A stretch of DNA of 63,960 bases, the filler included, from Hausera hauseri (Eukaryota): NCBI GenBank assembly GCA_046269625.1. It is 10 parts of 10 records of this genome, joined end to end, with 100 filler letters (N's around TTAATTAATTAA, not from the genome) between each part and the next. Parts side by side here need not be neighbours in the genome. Positions count along the whole stretch, not along the records: positions 59,866 to 63,960 come from JBJURY010765873.1; 9 more parts are not named here. The stretch is one strand, 5' to 3'. Under the pieces are notes generated by a model. It was not told the DNA's origin. It did no database searches and worked only from the letters and a program-made list of their open reading frames with translations. Below are positions 61,229-63,960 of this stretch, in pieces. The position numbers and the translations under genes are program-made. The first letter of the stretch is position 1, and each line of letters begins with the position of its first letter.

Positions 61229-62232
61229 GTCTCTCCTTCCAATTTATACACGATTTTTTCTTTTCCGGAAGATATTGTCCAAATCTTCCGGCCAATCGGT
61301 TTCTTCACACTAATCCCTGTCAGATAGTCCTTACCTCCAACAATATCTCCCAAATCAATATTTCCTTCCAGCTTAGTCATTGTCATGTTGTAGGACATGC
61401 TGGATTTCTTAGCCTCAAGTTCTTTGATTCCATTCTTAATCAGGTCTTCTCTCTCGGATCCATTGCTATCATATATGGCAGCAATCTCTTCCATGCCTTT
61501 GAAATATTGTTGAGTCTGCGAAATTGCTCCATTCTGATCAGTGTATAGATGGATAACTAATCTATCCTTCAGCTCGCCTTTTCCTAGACAGATTAGGTGA
61601 TTAATTCCACGCCGGTTATCGTCTGTTGTGAAATTCATGTTATTATCATTGGTCAGCACATACTCCGACGATAAGTCATTAATAGGAACAGCTTCCACTC
61701 TCACATATCCGGCCATTCCTACATCGCCTTCCTGGTATCGTATATTCAGTCGATATCCAACTGATTTTAGCATTTTGGCCAATCCGGCGTGTAACGTGCA
61801 GTATCGGTCGAACTGATAGTTGTTCACTGCTACGCCCGTATCTACAGCAACGCCGTAGAAAAGTCCAGGAAACTCAGTTTCAATCTTATCCTTAATAATT
61901 GAATTAAGTTCCCCGGACGCTACTGCATAATCCTGTCCACTTAATGGCTGTATAATCTTTTTGGTCATCATTCCGCGCCAGGTATCTCCTTTTGCGCGTA
62001 TCGCGTTGGCGCTTGTATCGGTACTGATTTCCCGGACAATTCCACCATACTCTGTATCCGGAGAGAATACTCTGGAACCATACTCAATGGATCCGTCCCA
62101 GTTCCAGCGCTTTAGTTCGATCTCAAAATCATTAATACTGTCTGACTCGTCGGCTCCGACTTCAAAATCAATATTGGCACCCTGGACATAACCTATCTGC
62201 CTTCCGTATTGGTCTGTTTTGATGAGATCCAT
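61225..62232 (-). CDS. Siphophage tail hub/Tal-like protein (ReqiPepy6 Gp37-like)
   Basis: Position after Dit; INHLICLGKGELKDRLVIHLY, DLGDIVGG; overlapping start/stop with neighbours. Confidence 0.78.
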   Translation of the reverse strand: MDLIKTDQYGRQIGYVQGANIDFEVGADESDSINDFEIELKRWNWDGSIEYGSRVFSPDTEYGGIVREISTDTSANAIRAKGDTWRGMMTKKIIQPLSGQDYAVASGELNSIIKDKIETEFPGLFYGVAVDTGVAVNNYQFDRYCTLHAGLAKMLKSVGYRLNIRYQEGDVGMAGYVRVEAVPINDLSSEYVLTNDNNMNFTTDDNRRGINHLICLGKGELKDRLVIHLYTDQNGAISQTQQYFKGMEEIAAIYDSNGSEREDLIKNGIKELEAKKSSMSYNMTMTKLEGNIDLGDIVGGKDYLTGISVKKPIGRKIWTISSGKEKIVYKLEGET

Positions 62233-63062
62233 TCTGGCACGCTCCTCTCCTTAAATACTATAATATCGAAACCGAATTCTCCACTCCAACTTATCAGGAT
62301 ATCTCCTGCTGGAATTTCCGTGAATATGGAATTGCCTGTTGCCTTTTTATAAAATATATTTTGCTCGGTTCCATTCGCAAGTCTCTTAATAATGGTTTTC
62401 TTACGTGAATCAATTACAATATATTCATTTACTTCCAGCGTGTCATACACTTGGTAGACCTGTCCTGCAATCGCAATTCTCGGATTGGCACATGGCCCGT
62501 ATATTACCATGCGGAAGTTACTGCTCCTGTAATGATCAACATGCCAATGCTCTGTTCCAGATACTGGTTTCGAGTAATCGTAGTTGTAATCATAAGGATA
62601 ATCTAAAAAATCATAAGCTTCGCCTTTTCCTGCTGAATCCGGGAAGAAGCTTTTCTCCTGTTCCTCGGCCCACATTGGATAAGGACAGTAGATTCCAATA
62701 TCCATATCTGTCCAGCTATTCCTGGTTGAAGATACCTTGCTGGACATATCCTTGATATAGCAATCAATATAATAGTTTCCGAACCATATACGCCCTGGAC
62801 TTAGATTAACAACGTCATACTCAAAGCAGTTTGTTATCTCGTCCATTTTCGCCTTACGCTCTTCCAATGGCCCACGGAATGTTAATGTAATTTGATATGT
62901 CTTGCCTTCTTTTTCAAACCCGTAGACATCTACGCCCATCTCTTGATCTGTAGTCATCGGCTTCCATTCATACTCATGGAAATAACCGGACGTTGGTCGC
63001 ATCCGGTCACCCACAAGATTGTATTCTTTTCCATTGGAGCACACATATTTGATTTCTATCAT
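62193..63062 (-). CDS. Siphophage distal tail protein (Dit)
   Basis: Immediately after the tape measure gene; CPYPMW, DYPYDYNYDY, IYGPCANPRI, YIVIDSRKKTI. Confidence 0.8.
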   Translation of the reverse strand: MIEIKYVCSNGKEYNLVGDRMRPTSGYFHEYEWKPMTTDQEMGVDVYGFEKEGKTYQITLTFRGPLEERKAKMDEITNCFEYDVVNLSPGRIWFGNYYIDCYIKDMSSKVSSTRNSWTDMDIGIYCPYPMWAEEQEKSFFPDSAGKGEAYDFLDYPYDYNYDYSKPVSGTEHWHVDHYRSSNFRMVIYGPCANPRIAIAGQVYQVYDTLEVNEYIVIDSRKKTIIKRLANGTEQNIFYKKATGNSIFTEIPAGDILISWSGEFGFDIIVFKERSVPEWISSKQTNTEGR

Positions 63063-63960
63063 TCGAATACAACCCCCATATCTCTTAATGCTCGGATCAG
63101 CCCGCGTTCACTGACAACATCGCCACCATCTTTGCCGTCTATAATCGCTATAATCGCTCTTAACAGTGCAATCAGAGTGTCAAGGCGGCTTGATGTCTCA
63201 CTGTCTGATGTTCTAGATACATTTGCTGCTCCCTGCAGGTCGTAGTTTAGGCTGCTCGCATTTGAGAACGGGCTTGTCGCAATGTCCTGAAGCCTAGACA
63301 CTGCAGAATTAATTGCCGGTAGTTCTTCTATTAATCCTTTGGCGAACCCAGCGTCTATCATTTTTCCAACGTAGATTCCCCATCTGGACGCAGAATGAAT
63401 TCCGAAAAACGAAAGCACATTATCTTTAAAACTTCCAAGGACTCCTTTTACTGCATTCCACAATTGACTTCCTGCGTTCCTGAGTCCATTTGCAATTCCG
63501 CTTATAATATTTCTCCCGATGTTTCCCCAGTCAACATTCGAAAATTCATTCCGTATTGACCTTATGATTTCCGGTATCTTTCCTACCAGCATCGGGATTG
63601 CCCGTATAAGTCCCGCCCCTAGTTTTCCAATCATTTCAATCCCGGTCTGAAGGATTTGTGGAAGGTTCCTTGAAAATTCCGCAATCATCCTGATCACTAT
63701 GGTTGCCGCGGCTGATATAATCTGGGGAAGGTTGTTCACGACCCCATTGACAAGGCTTAAAATAAGGTTTCCTCCTGCCGATATGATCGTTGGAAGCGCA
63801 GATGAGATAGTCCCTATGAACTGTGCTACCACGTTTCCTGCTCCAAGGATCAGAGATGGAAGGTTCAGAAGGATTCCATTTACGAAATGTACGATGAAAT
63901 TGCTCCCAGATTCCAGCATCAATGGTAGTTGCGTCTCTATTCCCGTCTTTAGGTTTCCGA
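63059..63960 (-). CDS. Tail tape measure protein, C-terminal part
   Basis: Amphipathic repeats (LP.II..G..II..LV.G), DWGNIGRNIISGIANG, FFGIHSASR. Confidence 0.9.
   Translation of the reverse strand, partial: GNLKTGIETQLPLMLESGSNFIVHFVNGILLNLPSLILGAGNVVAQFIGTISSALPTIISAGGNLILSLVNGVVNNLPQIISAAATIVIRMIAEFSRNLPQILQTGIEMIGKLGAGLIRAIPMLVGKIPEIIRSIRNEFSNVDWGNIGRNIISGIANGLRNAGSQLWNAVKGVLGSFKDNVLSFFGIHSASRWGIYVGKMIDAGFAKGLIEELPAINSAVSRLQDIATSPFSNASSLNYDLQGAANVSRTSDSETSSRLDTLIALLRAIIAIIDGKDGGDVVSERGLIRALRDMGVVFE

Noticed and set aside
54926-63960. Maverick and phage tail genes as one hybrid virus
   Set aside because: Separated by an artificial spacer; different gene structure and state of decay.

Overview
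This window is not one locus. It is a concatenation of 10 unplaced contigs joined by artificial 100-nt spacers (44 N + TTAATTAATTAA + 44 N), and it mixes at least three genomes. (1) An AT-rich invertebrate with very short introns. Its contigs hold a 44-bp and a 68-bp satellite, 3' exons of HSD17B10, mariner, Tc1, hAT-like and MITE elements, Ty3/gypsy elements and Maverick/Polinton fragments carrying dUTPase. (2) Teleost-like DNA (L2 LINE, fish-type repeats). (3) A Firmicutes (Lachnospiraceae-like) siphophage tail module. The strongest candidate for a new system is a decayed LTR retroelement at 25900-31350, with a relative at 31991-33626. Its order is LTR, tRNA-His PBS, gag, then no pol, then a Bcl-2-like domain fused in frame through one hydrophobic segment to a chuvirus-type envelope glycoprotein. 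The family also has a conserved, catalytically altered ISG20/REXO4-like DEDD ORF just before the LTR. Other highlights are an invertible two-cassette receptor-binding-protein switch in the phage contig, a ubiquitin-like domain ending in RIRGG fused to a CsRn1-type Gag, and a perfect 51-bp TGT...ACA palindrome with a 5-bp target duplication. All family assignments come from motif recognition by eye and need HMM or structure confirmation.
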